From Lama glama (taxonomy: Eukaryota), in assembly GCA_028534125.1 (NCBI GenBank), contig CM052832.1:21082001-21146000 (forward strand): a stretch of 64,000 bases of DNA. Reading direction: 5' to 3'. A program made the translations under genes and the position numbers. Under the pieces are notes generated by a model, which saw only the letters and a list, made by a program, of their open reading frames with translations, did not search any database and was not told the DNA's origin. Of this stretch, positions 1 to 12,600 are shown piece after piece; position 1 is the first letter of the stretch, and the number at the start of each line of letters is the position of its first letter.

Positions 1-79
1 TGGGATATTTCTTAAACATTCTTGAAAGCTACTTGGGTTGTGTTTTGTTTAGTCTGTCTTTTAAGCACAAATTTTTTTT

Positions 80-1098
80 TAATCCAATTAGAAAAACAGG
101 TAAAAGGCATGAAGACACTTCACCGAAGAGAATATAACATGGATGGCAAATAAGCCCATGAAAAGATGTTCCACATCATTAGCTATCAGAGAAATGCAAA
201 TTAAATCTAATGAAATCTCACTTCACACCTATCAGAGCAACGAAAATTTAAAGGAAAAAAAAAAAAACCTCCAAATGCTTGTGAGGATGCAGAAAAACTA
301 CATCACTCCAACTTTGCTGGACAAGTATAAATTGGTACAGCTACTCCGAAAAATAGTTTAAAAAGAAACTGCCGAACCAAACACGCAATTAACATACGAC
401 CCAGCAATTTCAGTCTTGGGCATCTGTCCCAGAGAAATGAGAACTTATGTTCACACAAAAACCTGTACACCAATGTTCAAAGCAGCTTCATTCATAACAG
501 CCAAAAACTGGAAGCAGCCCAGGTGCCCTTCAACAGGTGAATGGTTAAACGGTGGTATATACGTACCATAGAATACTATCCCACAATAAAAAGGAACAGA
601 TCACTGATGCATGCAACAACCTGCAACAATCTACAGTTATGTTAAGTCAAAAAAGCCAATCCATAAGGTTTTAAACTATATGATTCCATGCACATAAAGC
701 TTTTTTTTTTTTTTTTTAAGAAATGGTGAACCAATTAGTGGTTTCCAGAGGCTAGGGACAGGAGAGGAATGGTGGGAGGAAATGAGGTGTAGCTATTAAC
801 AAGGGCAAAAAGACAGATGCTCCTGCTACTGAACTGCTCAGCGTCTTTACTGTGGTAGATACACAAACCTACACGGGGGATAAAATTGTATAGAACTAAA
901 TACAGACACACACCAGAGTGTAGGTTACATTGCAAATGTGACCAAGCTTGGTAGATTGCATCAGTGTCAATCTCCTGGTTGACACTGTACTGTATTTCTG
1001 TAAAATGTTACCAGTGGGGGAAACTGGTTAAAGGCTTCATTACTTCTTACAACTGTATGTGCATCTATAATTACCTCAGTTAAAATTTCAATTAGAAA
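80..1098 (+). mobile_element. Old L1 (L1MC/L1MB-like) 3' fragment: decayed ORF2 C-terminus plus 3' UTR
   Basis: ORF 143-361 ([21 protein letters not shown]) matches the L1 ORF2 C-terminal motif. Typical L1 tracts follow, such as gacccagcaattt and aactggaagcagcccaggtgccc, ending in an A-rich tail. Confidence 0.9.
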
Positions 1099-1214
1099 AC
1101 AGATCAATGTTATGCTAGCCTAAGCATCTCAAAATTATTTTTACCTTCCTTCCTTGAAACAGGACCACTCTGCTTTATTCCTAAACAACCGCTTATAATT
1201 AGCTTCTATTATAC

Positions 1215-1575
1215 ATGATATGAAAACGATTCATGACAATGAAGCTTATGAGTGAGAGAAGCCTTAAACCAACCGTCCATGTTGTGAGGCTTCATTTACA
1301 TGAAGCTATAGGAGAGGCTAACCTCATCCACAACGGGAAAATTGTTAAAGGCAGAGGAATGGTTACCTGTTGATGCGGTGAGGCAGTGATAGGAAGGAGC
1401 AGAACTAGCCGGGACAAGAGTTAACACTAGCGAATACTCTGGATCTCTCCTATCAAGATCTAGAGAATGACTTTTGGACTAGAGTCCAAAGTACACAAGT
1501 GTATGCATTTGTCAAAATTCATACACACAAGATTTGTGCACTTCACTGTATGAAATCTTTACATGGAAAAAGATA
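1215..1575 (+). mobile_element. Old L1ME/L1MD-like 3' UTR fragment
   Basis: Contains gagtgagagaagcc...ttcatttacatgaag and tacacaagtgtatgcatttgtcaaaattcat...tgtgcacttcactgtatg, typical of old L1 3' ends. Confidence 0.65.
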
Positions 1576-3567
1576 TATAAACAAATTGAAATGAGGCCAA
1601 AATGACTGGCTCTGTATCTGTTAGCTTCATATTCTTTCGACTGATGATTCTATGCAATAAGATACCACACTTTGGTATTTCGTCTGATGACCCTGGATAT
1701 CATTACCAAAGTTTACAATGATCTCATCTCGTATACATTCTTCTCAGGGAAAGGAAATTGCAATCAGAGTAACTGTGAAGCAAATTCATATAAAAAAAAT
1801 ATCATTAAATCAGACTAAATTAATTTAAAACAGATGTAATTAGGGTCCTCTGAAAGTAATTTTGGCTAATACTCTGTTTACATGCAATATAGATGTAGCA
1901 ACTACTGACCTCAGGCACTTTCAGCTGCTTTTATATTAATTACTACATGTGGTTTTTATATTCCAGCCCAAAATATCCTTTATAGCTCTGAGTAGCTAAT
2001 ATTCTTCTGCCAAAGTTATTTCAAATGAGTCTCAGATCCCACAGAATTAAAAAGAAAACCCTATGAAATCCACATATTGATATCGGTGTAACATCATTCA
2101 ACAAGTAATAAGTATCACAGGTTTTGCTTTGCTTAACCGTGATTTTGTTCTATTTAGGATACACATATTTTGGTAAAATTACAAAAGGGATGGTGGACTG
2201 TTCTTAATTACAATTATACCCAATAAGACCCAACCCTTTTCACTTAATAGGCTTACACTGCAGAGACATGTCTTCTTAATTAGCCAGACAAGTCAAGACG
2301 CTGATGAAAATTATCTCTTGACCCTACCAGCGATTCATAGAGAAGATAATGTGAGACTTGCCTAGTGCCTACTATCCATTTTTGTCTTAAACTCTGCCCA
2401 TGCTCCAGGCTCCATCACTAGCTCCATTTTAGGTTAAATTCCTCAGACTGATGGAATTTACTTCATTGTCAATGTGCTGTCATGAGCTCTATCACCAAAA
2501 GTATGATGAAAATGTATATGTTTCATTATTCAAATGAAGTGAAGCAAGGAATTGCTGAAATATACATGATTCTCAAAATATTTCAGCCACAAATTTTGGC
2601 TTGTTATAGACCATGTGAAATATATTAAGATACACAACATTTTCATTTCAACTCTAGGGAGAGAAGTTGGGATAGGCAGCCAAATGGAGAAAGAAAAGTT
2701 GGAGGAAATGACTATAGTATGTTGTACCTGGAAGAGCAGGTTCCCAGGTATGAGTCAAGAAACAGGCAGGAAAGAGGTGATTTGCTGTGAACACACGGTG
2801 TCTATTAGGAAGACCCAGAACATAGCATAAGGCTTTTGGATTTATTACTAAATTAAACATCAGCAATAGAGTGAAAGCAGGTGCTAACACAGGAATTAAT
2901 GCACATGGGATCTTGGCATGTACAAATTCTATTCAAAGGCCAAGTGTAGCTTCCTTATCTTCCTGCTCCAACTGTGAGAAACTACACTTTCGTCTTTTAT
3001 CATGCTTTATCTCGTCTTACTGGGTTTCCATTTAGCTGCAAGCTTTAGTTGGTTGCAGTAGAGTCAAATAGAAAGTCTTTCTCTGTATCCTTATCAGAAC
3101 CAACCCAATTCTTTGGGTTAATGCAATCCCACCCATGTTCACTAAACAGTAACCAATTCACTCATCGGGCTAATGGATTTGGAGATGATAGATATACAAC
3201 TCTGCCCTTTTTTCCCTGTCCAAAGAGATTCCAATACTAGTATTTTTTTAATAAAGAAGATATAAAAATATAAATGCAGGATTGTATTCTCATTACCAAA
3301 CCAAACTCCATCTGCCATTTTCAGGTGCTAAGCAGTCCTACGGCTCACCCAGGACACCTAAGCGGCCACATCCTTCCCTTGTTTAGGTAGGTATTTTAAC
3401 ATAATTTGCTTCCAGATCTTACTACAATTCTGCATTCTCAGCCTCATTTCATTCCTTCTCCTGACATCAGTGGGCACTTCAGAACCACAAACCATCTTTC
3501 AGAAAGTCTAGCCTTCTCTGTTGCTAAAGAGGCCAGAGTGTAATTTTACTCAAAAATACTGCAACCT

Positions 3568-3785
3568 AGCCACTATATTGCTGCTCTATATAAAGACAGA
3601 TTTAAATTTTTTTCTTCTGTATATCACAGGGAAATATATTCAATACCTTGTAATAACCTTTAATGAAAAAGAATATGAAAACAAATATATGTATGTATAT
3701 GCATGACTGGGACATTGTGCTGTATACCAGAAATTGACACATTTTAATTGCCTATACTTCAATTAAAAAATTAAATTAAATTTTA
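3568..3785 (+). mobile_element. Young, heavily 5'-truncated lineage-specific L1 with perfect 16-bp TSD
   Basis: L1 3' UTR tract cacagggaaatatattcaataccttgtaataacc and an A-rich tail. The TSD aaaaatactgcaacct occurs at 3552-3567 and 3786-3801. Confidence 0.92.
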
Positions 3786-6017
3786 AAAAATACTGCAACC
3801 TTTTGTTCTATGAACAGTGATCCAAAAACTAAGTCTTGAAGCCATTTGAGCAATTCCTTCCAAGTAAGAAGTGTACATATTCTAAAAACTGGGATGTTCA
3901 AATACTGCTGCATGATGGTTGTCAACTAGGATGAGAAACCAAAGTCAGTTTCCTTCCCCCAGTCACACCCCCCACCGCCCCACACTCCAAATCCCCTCCC
4001 CTCTCTACCAGCACCTCTAAATACCCTTGACTGAGTTATGTTTTTAAGAAGCATATGCCCCTTCACAGTAAGTGCATTCCACTATGAAAGTTTATTTTCA
4101 AAGCTCAGCATTTCTTTACTGCTGAAGATCTATTCTGGAATCCCTTCCTCCTTAAGCTACTGAGCATTACTCAGCCAGGGGGCCAAAAAAATGCTGATAT
4201 TTCAAGAAATCTAATCTCTTAATGACTGCTGCCAGAGAAGAGAGAAGGGCTAAGAAGAGTCATCTTGAAATAAGCCTCATCTCAGGGACATGTGAGCCCA
4301 TAAATGCTCACAGGGACTCAGGACTGCCACCAACATGGCATCAAAGAACTTCAACCTGTCAGCCCAGGGGTGTTCTGCCCAGAGAGGACGAGCTGTTCCT
4401 TCTAACATCCAGGTTCCACACTCCGCATTCTTTCATCATACAAAAGTGTACTCATTATTTAAAGATACACTCACGTTCCTGGGTGTTCCAAACAGAGCAA
4501 GTCAGACTAGTGTGTGGTGGAGATGTAAATGGGTAGAGAAGACCTTGTGAGATGGGGCTGCTCACTGAAGATTTGTTGGAAGGTTTAGGTTTTGAGCTAG
4601 AATGTCAGTAACAGCAATAAAAGCTACTGAACAGGGGAAGGAGGGCAACCTGGGCAGAGGGAAGAATCTGTACAAAGAACTGTGCAAAGTAACAGAAGTG
4701 AAAACTCATGTGCTATGTTCAAAAAAAAACAGCAAGCAGATTCGCTTGACTTTAGCAGATTTTGAACAACTACAGCAATAGCAAAGGGTGCAAAACAGAC
4801 GGTGAGACAAGATTTAGGTAAAGTGTTTATTAATTCATTCAACACGTATGTATTCAGCATCAACTGTGCACAAGTCACTGTTCTAAAGGGGCTGGAGAAA
4901 AAAGTTTTAGGAAAAAATACAGTATTTTCCTTTCCGGAGGGAAACCAGCCCTCAGATACAGAGTTGATTCAAACAAGATTCTAAACAAACTGTCATTTTG
5001 ATTCCTTCCGAAGAAGCACAGCAGAAGCTTTCACTTCCGTAAGTTAGAAAATCTGATCTGATAGAAATGGATAGAATTTAGATTGAGGAAATCCTCCCTA
5101 CTTAAGTTCTTTACCTATCTTGTCACTGGCAAGATGTAACATGAGAACGTTGCAAACACAAAGATCAAGAGAAATTTGGGAGACACAATGAACTTTTCTG
5201 TGTGCTTACAAGTGACTTTGCCTAGAAAGTTAAGTACTTAAGTTCAGGCAACAGCTCAAAAGGAAGGTGCTCTGCTAAGGGCCTCAGAATGTGGGGACAA
5301 ACAGAGCTTTGTCCTCTGCTCTGTCCGAGCATATGGACCACTCCCAACCCTTCAGCTCTAGTGTTTATAATTAAGTCTAACCTGGGGGAGTCTGAAGCAA
5401 AGAAGGTTCCAGGACCCCACAGGGGACTGGAAAGAATGATGGGAGGTGGGGTCCTGCTGTAAAACAAGCACAAATAGCTGTCTGGAGTTGTCGTTGTTTC
5501 TTTTTCTTTCAGCGTTACAATGGGTTCTATTTTTCCTCCAGAAGTCAGCTCTGCTCACAAGTAATAAAATCACACTGGAGAGGGGAAGAGAAGAGGGCAC
5601 TCTGGAAACACTGCCCACCTCTGCCTAAGTTGTTGTTCACAGTTAAGGCCAAGTCCTTAACACCCAGCACAATGAAGATGCCCCTCCCAGGTCCCCAGGG
5701 GAATCAGTGCGGAGAGAGACCTGGGCTTGGAGAATAGCACTCCTGCCCTCCAAGCATGGCGGTCCCCACAAGGAATCCCTTAGCCTCCCTGAGACAGGCT
5801 CTCCGAGGTCAGAGAGATCTAAGGGAGAGAATCACTGAGCGCCACCATCTCAGTCCACAATGGAAGTCAAGTCAGAGATGCTGACATGTCCCGCCCAGGA
5901 CATGAATCACAGAAGGGTCTCAGGGCCTTCCTGCAGCTCAACAGGCCAGCTCCGAGATCCCAAGCTGAGCCAGGCCCGGGTTACCCAAATTTCCTTCAGA
6001 GGAGAGAATTTATAATT

Positions 6018-6100
6018 CTGTGAGGCATCCCCATTTTACAGATGGGGCAACTAAGGTAGAGAGAGGTAAGGGACTCAGAAGTTTGATTCTGGAGCGTGTA
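6018..6100 (-). mobile_element. MIR SINE core fragment
   Basis: ccccattttacagatggggcaactaagg is the reverse complement of the MIR core. Confidence 0.75.
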
Positions 6101-7209
6101 CTTGTCTGCCTCCCAGCAATCTACTTCCTGTCAGTGGGAGGTCACAACACTATCAGATTCTCTCAGCTGCATTTCTAAGGGAAAATTACTAGTGATAGCA
6201 AAGGTAGTTTCCTGGGGATCCAAACGTCTCCTGCTCACCTTCCATTTTCATTTCTGATATACTAGTATCCTCCCACCCGCCAAATATATAGAGTATATCC
6301 TATTTATATGCCACCAACTATCTACAGAATGAGGCAGCCTGACTCCAAAACTCACTCCCCAAATCAGCTGCTTCTGTTAGGTTTTAGAGGATGGTTACCA
6401 AGGCAATAGGTTCATCTGGTTAACAATTCAAATGTTTCTTCAGTTCTCTCCTTGGTATGAAGTATAGTTAAGTTCTACCCAGAACGTCTTTATTCAGCCT
6501 GAAATATTCACCAATTATCCACTAAAGAAGAATACTTCGGGTCGAATCAATACGTCCAAGTTTAACGAGTGACAGCTTCTGTTAAGGAATTTTCACCTTA
6601 CAAGACATTACTCAAAATCAAAGGCATTACAAGTAGGCTACAATCTGGTATTTATTGACATTCACCCTTGAAGGGATTTAGGAACAGGGTGGGTTGAGGG
6701 GATGATACGAAGAAAAATGAAGGTAAGAAGGGCAGATAAAGACAAGAAATAGAAAGACATGCCTGAGACATTCGTGAAAACATGACACCTTAGAGACATC
6801 CCCTCGCCCCCAGCTTAACCCTTGGAGATTGGGAACATGGAAAAGGAGGAGGTTATCCTAAGACTCTAATTTCTAACTTGTGGCTTTTAGGGTTTAAGGA
6901 AGGGGATGATGAGAATTAATTCAAACAGATTTTCATTAGGTGGTATGTAAAAAGGTTGACTCAAGGTTAAAATGCATCAGTAACACAACGATTTCTTCGA
7001 TTCACCAACCTGGGTGGTGCTACCTCTGGTTCAAGTGTTCTCTCCGACAAGATGTAGACAGCCTGCATTGTGAGAAATGGGCACCCCTGCGCCATACGTC
7101 AAGTACAGTGAGAGAGAGCAAATGCTTGAGGCAACCGTCGGGTGTCACCACTGAAGAGGGGTGCTTTCCAGGGAGCACCTCTTATGGTAAGAAAAAACAT
7201 CTCTGTTCA

Positions 7210-7395
7210 CAAGCGAGTTTAATTTGCCACACTCTTTTTATAGACACCTCCGAACAATTAGGACACTGTTGCAAATTGAAACTGCTCATGCCTAGTTGCA
7301 AATTTTATTGCCACAAATGGGGTCCCAGAAAAGCTCTATTAACTTTACTGGCGACTGGTGGCTCCCTGATTATGAGTCATCTTTAATAAGGTAAT
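7210..7395. promoter_or_regulatory. Candidate enhancer block
   Basis: Repeat-free. Contains AP-1 TGAGTCA at 7373-7379, posterior HOX/CDX-type TTTTATTG at 7303-7310, and gttgcaaatt twice (7268, 7295). Motif evidence only. Confidence 0.35.
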
Positions 7396-8929
7396 TCAGG
7401 GATCATCTCCAAGGTGGCAGAAAGAGAATACACTGCAGCAACCGTGAGGAAGAAGGTGGGCAAGATCCCAGAAGGAAAACACAGAAACAGGATGTGAACA
7501 GGGAGGAAGGACGCATCCTTGAAGTCAAAGAAAAGGAATCAAGTGAGCATGGAGGAGAAAGATGGGAGGCTACCGGGGAAGACAGAAAACATTCCAGTCT
7601 CTTTCTGGAGATCCAGGTGTAAACCACCTGCACCAGGCTCACTCCAAAGGGTGTAAGTCACACACATGATTGGAAGCCTCGCAAATGTGAACAGACTTAT
7701 AACAGTAACTTTTGCTGAAGTTCTGCAACCCGTCTCATCTGAATCACGTCAGAGAAAGACACACAGGAGAGAGCCATTCTAGTGCTCATTCATTAAAGTA
7801 CGTTAGCAAAGGTTAATGTTATAATTACATCAGATTTGCTAGATTATAGAAAATAGAGAAGCAAATGTGAAAATAGTTTCACATGTTCATAACCCCTATT
7901 CAACTTCTGTTAAATACTCAGGCATAGCTCCTTCTAAACATTCAGAAGTGCATTTTTACATACATAGGATTGTATCTGTGACCTTAGTTCCTTTTACATT
8001 TTCCAATGTAAATCAAACTTAAATGTAAATAAAAGCAATGCATCAACAGTTTTAATGTCCAATATTTTCTCGTGCACTTTAATGTGTGTAATTATTTCTC
8101 TATCGGTATATGATAGAGATACAGTCCTCTCCCACTTAAAGAGCCTTTTGCATGGAGATTTCATGTGTCTATGAGAAGTGTGTGTATCTTTTAATGCAAG
8201 ATATGCATTCCTAAAAAAGAAATGCCATAATATGAAAATTCAGTGTATTCTGTAGTCTTAATCATTTAAGTAACTTTTTATTAATAAATTAAATAACTGA
8301 TGTTAATTTTCGCCCTTTTTAACTCTGCTATTTCTCATGGATCCCAGACTCTATTGTGCCTTTAATAGCACTTTTTAGAGAGTGATTTTCCTTTCTAAAA
8401 CATGTCTAAGTATGTTTAGCTGAGTAGTTTCACTGTAAGAGCAAATGCTTGTGAGAGGAGAGAAAGAAAAAACAATCGTGTAGAATGGAAGGCAGGAAAC
8501 AGGAGGGAGGGAAGAAAACTTGTTAATTATACCCTAAGGCCTATACCTTAGTGAACTTTAGATACATTTTCATTCATTTTTCAAAATTTTCCTTGTAAAA
8601 TACACTCACATGTTAAGTGGGACCAAAAAAGCCAGTTCAGACTTAATGCAGAGGTGAAGGATGAGAGTGGGTGTGAGAGTTCAGAGAAGCAAGAGGGAGG
8701 AGGGGGCCCAGCACCCCCCTTTACGAGCAGAAAAGGCAGAAGAAACATTTTCTCTTCCCCTTGGACCAACTTGAGAGCCAGCGGGCTTAGAGAAGACCCC
8801 TGCCCTGCCGGTCAGGTCCGTGCGGCAGATCCAGGAACCATAAGGTCATTGCTAGGTTTGGCACAAAATGCTCAAACTCAGTGAAAACAGGCCTCCAAAG
8901 AAGAATGAAGCAACAGCCAGGAAAGAACC

Positions 8930-9680
8930 ACTTCGCAAACAGCCTTCCAAGGAGAATTAGCCTCGTGAAACCCTCTGTGCAAAAGTTCACACCATCAAAC
9001 AGCTGCTGCTTAATGTCTCAGGGTCCTAATTAGCCCCGAGCTCCTCGGCTTGCCCAGAACTTCTGGCCAATGGTGTCCAAGCTCCCTGGCTCTTCCCTGT
9101 GCCGCTCAATCCCGTAAGTGCTCTTGGTCAAAAAACTAGGTCATAAACTTATCCACCGAGAAGCATTTACTGTCGATTCAAACGACGTATTCTGTTCAAG
9201 AGGTTATGATAATAAAGGAGGAGCTGCACACATGCTTTCAAGTTCTAGCATGAGCTTGCCAGCTCCGAATGCTGGCTCGTTCCCTTATCTGAGTTTGGCT
9301 CTTGTAGACTCAAACCCACTGAACTCTGACCCTTTTCTAGATGAATACAAATCATTTCTTGAATGACTGTATCAAATATTACTTATGCTCTTTTTCCCCC
9401 AGTTTTAACCTAACAGGTCCATGCCAAAAAGACAAAAAAAAAAAAAGGTTTCCGTTTCAAAAAGTATTAACATGCTTCACCGCTGCCAAAGTTGACAGCA
9501 CAGTTGTTGTATCCTGCCTCAGAAAGAAGGATGGGGCGACGGGGAGGGCGGGCGAGGGTAAGGAGGGGAATGGAGAAGAACAGCTGTTTTTTCAATCAAC
9601 TCAAGCAGAAAACCTCCCTCTTCCCCACCCCGCACTGCCTCTTCCACACCCCCAGCAGAGAGAAGGGGGAGGCAGTCTGA
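8930..9680. promoter_or_regulatory. Candidate enhancer or internal promoter with GC box and G4 motif
   Basis: Repeat-free with locally raised CpG. Contains CTAATTAG at 9026-9033, E-box CAGCTG at 9000-9005, GGGCGGG at 9546-9552 and a G-run cluster at 9533-9568. Confidence 0.4.
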
Positions 9681-12600
9681 GAAGTCTTATTCCTCCAAGG
9701 AGGAATCAAGCTGGCTCACTGGGTTTCCCATCTCCCACACAACGGGCCACGGTTCTTTCTAATTCACCCGGGGAGCGTCAAGGATGCAAGCCAAAGGGTA
9801 TGTCTCTGCCTCCTTGGATGCTGACTCCCGTTCTGATGGTGCCCAAGAGGTTCCAATCTCCTCCCCACCCAACCTCACTAGCAGCATCTCAAGACACACC
9901 ATCCTCCCACCCCTGCACATCCACATCTGAGCTCCGAGGCACACACGGAAAGGTTACACAAGTATCAAACGCAAAGGTGAGTATTATTCATCCCACACCT
10001 TTCAAGAATATGCTGGAATTCCTCCCCACAAAACGACACAGCTGCTGTCAGCAGCCCCCCAGCTCCCAACCAGTATGTCCTCCAAGCTCAACAACAGGGC
10101 TTCACCTTTTTAGAGTGAGAGGGGAGGAAGGAAACCTGAGAAGGCAGGACAGAGCAGCTGCAGCCCACCCCCTCCTCATCAGCTGAAAAGCTCAAATTGG
10201 CTAATCCAGAACATCCCAGGGCACTGGGATCCCAGGGTGGCTCCACCCAGGCAGTACGTCTGATTATTTTTTTCCCTCCTAGTGGGCAAGCAGAGAAAAG
10301 GGGAAATGAGGACAAATGTGTTCAAAACAGAAATGCAGCCTAACACTAACTTGGCTTTGGGCAAGGACCAGATTAAAGGCCCAGCACCTCCATTTCTGTC
10401 CAAGTGGAAAGAGAAACTACAGGGTGCAGCCTGGATCCAGCTCTGGGCTCTGCTGCCCAGACACTCTGCCAGCCCCAGAGGATCAACCTAAACCCAAAGT
10501 GCTCCTCTCAGTCCCCAGCTATCCCCTCTTTTTTTATTCTTGGTAAGCTGATTTTAATGCTGTGGTCATTATAATTACCGTGAAACGGACTTTTAACTGC
10601 AAAACTTAACATTCTTGGTGTGATATGGTTCTGTATTTAGAAGAGACAGTACAGATACATGAACTTTTAAAAAGCCTCTCAAACTCTTCTCAAATGACTG
10701 AACTGCAGCCAAAGAATGTCATCGATGCTGGTGTTAACAGTCTGGTTTACTACTAGGGAAAAAGAAAAATCTAGGTTTAGGAAGCATTCATCTGAGGCCA
10801 ATGTCATAACATGTTGCCCATCACTGATTTTAAGATCATAGGAGTTGGCACATCATGGAACAAATTGAAGTCATCATGCATCTTGCAATGCAGGTTCAAT
10901 ATAACTCAACTCACATTAATTGCCTTGAAGGTTCATCCGAATCGCACAATTAAAAAAAGCTGGATTACTCTGAGAGGCATAACATAACAAAGTAAGATGT
11001 TGATAGTTTGGCCCAGCCAACACATAATTCCCACAACAACTGTGGGTACAAAAGTCCCATTTCTAAAATATATCTAGCCTCCAATAGGTGTCACATACCC
11101 ATGCTACAATTTAGGTCACACTAACTCCCACACACAGCCTCTGTTTTTCTTCAAATTAAGAGAAAATAAGATGGTATTTAATTAAGCCAACTCCTAATTC
11201 TAAATCAGTAAAACCCAAGTGGGAAATCTGATTCTTTGGACTTTTCTCCATTTCCATGACTATCGAAGCACATGTGGAGGGTGGGGCAGGAGAGACTCAA
11301 GTCAGAGCTGGAAACATCCATCAGTTAGGAACTTGATTTACCCCTCTAAGGCTTAGGCCGTGGGATTCAATAGCTGATTGAGGGCTTGCCAATAAAACAG
11401 ACCATCCCAGGAAGAAAACCAATCAACATCTTTAGTTTTGATGGTCCAACGGAACCAAGGTGTGGGAGACAGAAAATATACTTACACACACAGACCCCTC
11501 TCCTCTCCACCTGCCCTGGCTTGGCTCCATGTTCACTGACCATCATCAGCTGGTAAAAAGTTATCTGCAGCCAAGCAAATACTTGTGAACTTAATTTGAA
11601 CTCTGTTTGCTGCCTTTCTACAAAGAAACCAAAATATAAAACTCGTGTATCTCAGTGATTCCCTAGACCATCAGGAGACATGAACCCAAAACATAAGGAG
11701 GGAAAAAAACAGACGCCAAAAGAGATGAGTACTATGTGTTTCCACATCTTACTACAGAGTCGCACAGCCTTTAGGTGCCAACTGCCAGAGGATTACTGCC
11801 TGGATGTCCCACACTGCTTACCCATAGGATTAAACTCATAAATGAAAATGAGTAATACTCCCAATTCATCTTCTCTAAGATTGACATCACTGTAACAGCT
11901 TTAGGCAGCCAATCAGAAACCTCCATTTAAAGTCAATTTTCCTGCCAGTTTAAAATAGTAATTCACTCTGCCTATCTGACCACTAACCATTAACACTATC
12001 TGCAGTATCTATAAGTCCATACTGCAACAACCATACAATTAATCAGTTGAGCAATATCATGGTATCACATCCTCCAAACATGTAGTTAACTTCCTAAATA
12101 CCTAGTATTGAATGGGGAAAGACCTAATAAAAAGAATGTATATCTTAAGCCCAAAAAATATAGCTCTCTGAAAGATGTACCAGTCAAAATACTCTAGAAA
12201 AGGTGAGATGAAAAAAGTCCTAGACAAAAAGTTATTATTATTAAAGGCATATACCCTATGGCTCAGTTACCTGAAAATTAACTAAGTCCAAATGCAGTTT
12301 CATGTTTGGAAAAAAAAATTACCTACACATTTGCACTTTCCAAACAGAGAGATGTCCTCCACCCTCCTGGCCTTGCTGCAAGAACAAACTTGAAATAGGT
12401 GTCTATGAAGGCCCTACTTATCTCCATCTCCGGGCCTGTCCAGTCAGGGAGAGACATGTGGTTCCTTCAAGAAAGGCACAAAAACAAACATGATCAAAGG
12501 AAAACAAGGGGAGAGGCAGAAATGAGTATGCCTCACTAGATCCCATATTTACCAAAAGCATCAGATTCTCAGGCAAAATGTTAAATGTTACTTTAAAAAC

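Noticed and set aside
5017..5037. cacagcagaagctttcacttc resembles part of the CPEB3 HDV-like ribozyme as I recall it
   Set aside because: The P1 strands (GGGGGC / GCCCC), P4 and the 3' P2 strand are missing, so the double pseudoknot cannot form. Treated as chance similarity.
6940..7386. 148-aa + strand ORF
   Set aside because: GTG start, no recognisable domain and no convincing exon boundaries.
9341..10186. Longest real ORF in the window (281 aa, + strand)
   Set aside because: It runs through an A-tract and G/C-rich low-complexity DNA where stops are rare. It is Pro/Ser/Gly-rich, has no recognisable homology, and lies opposite the inferred host strand.
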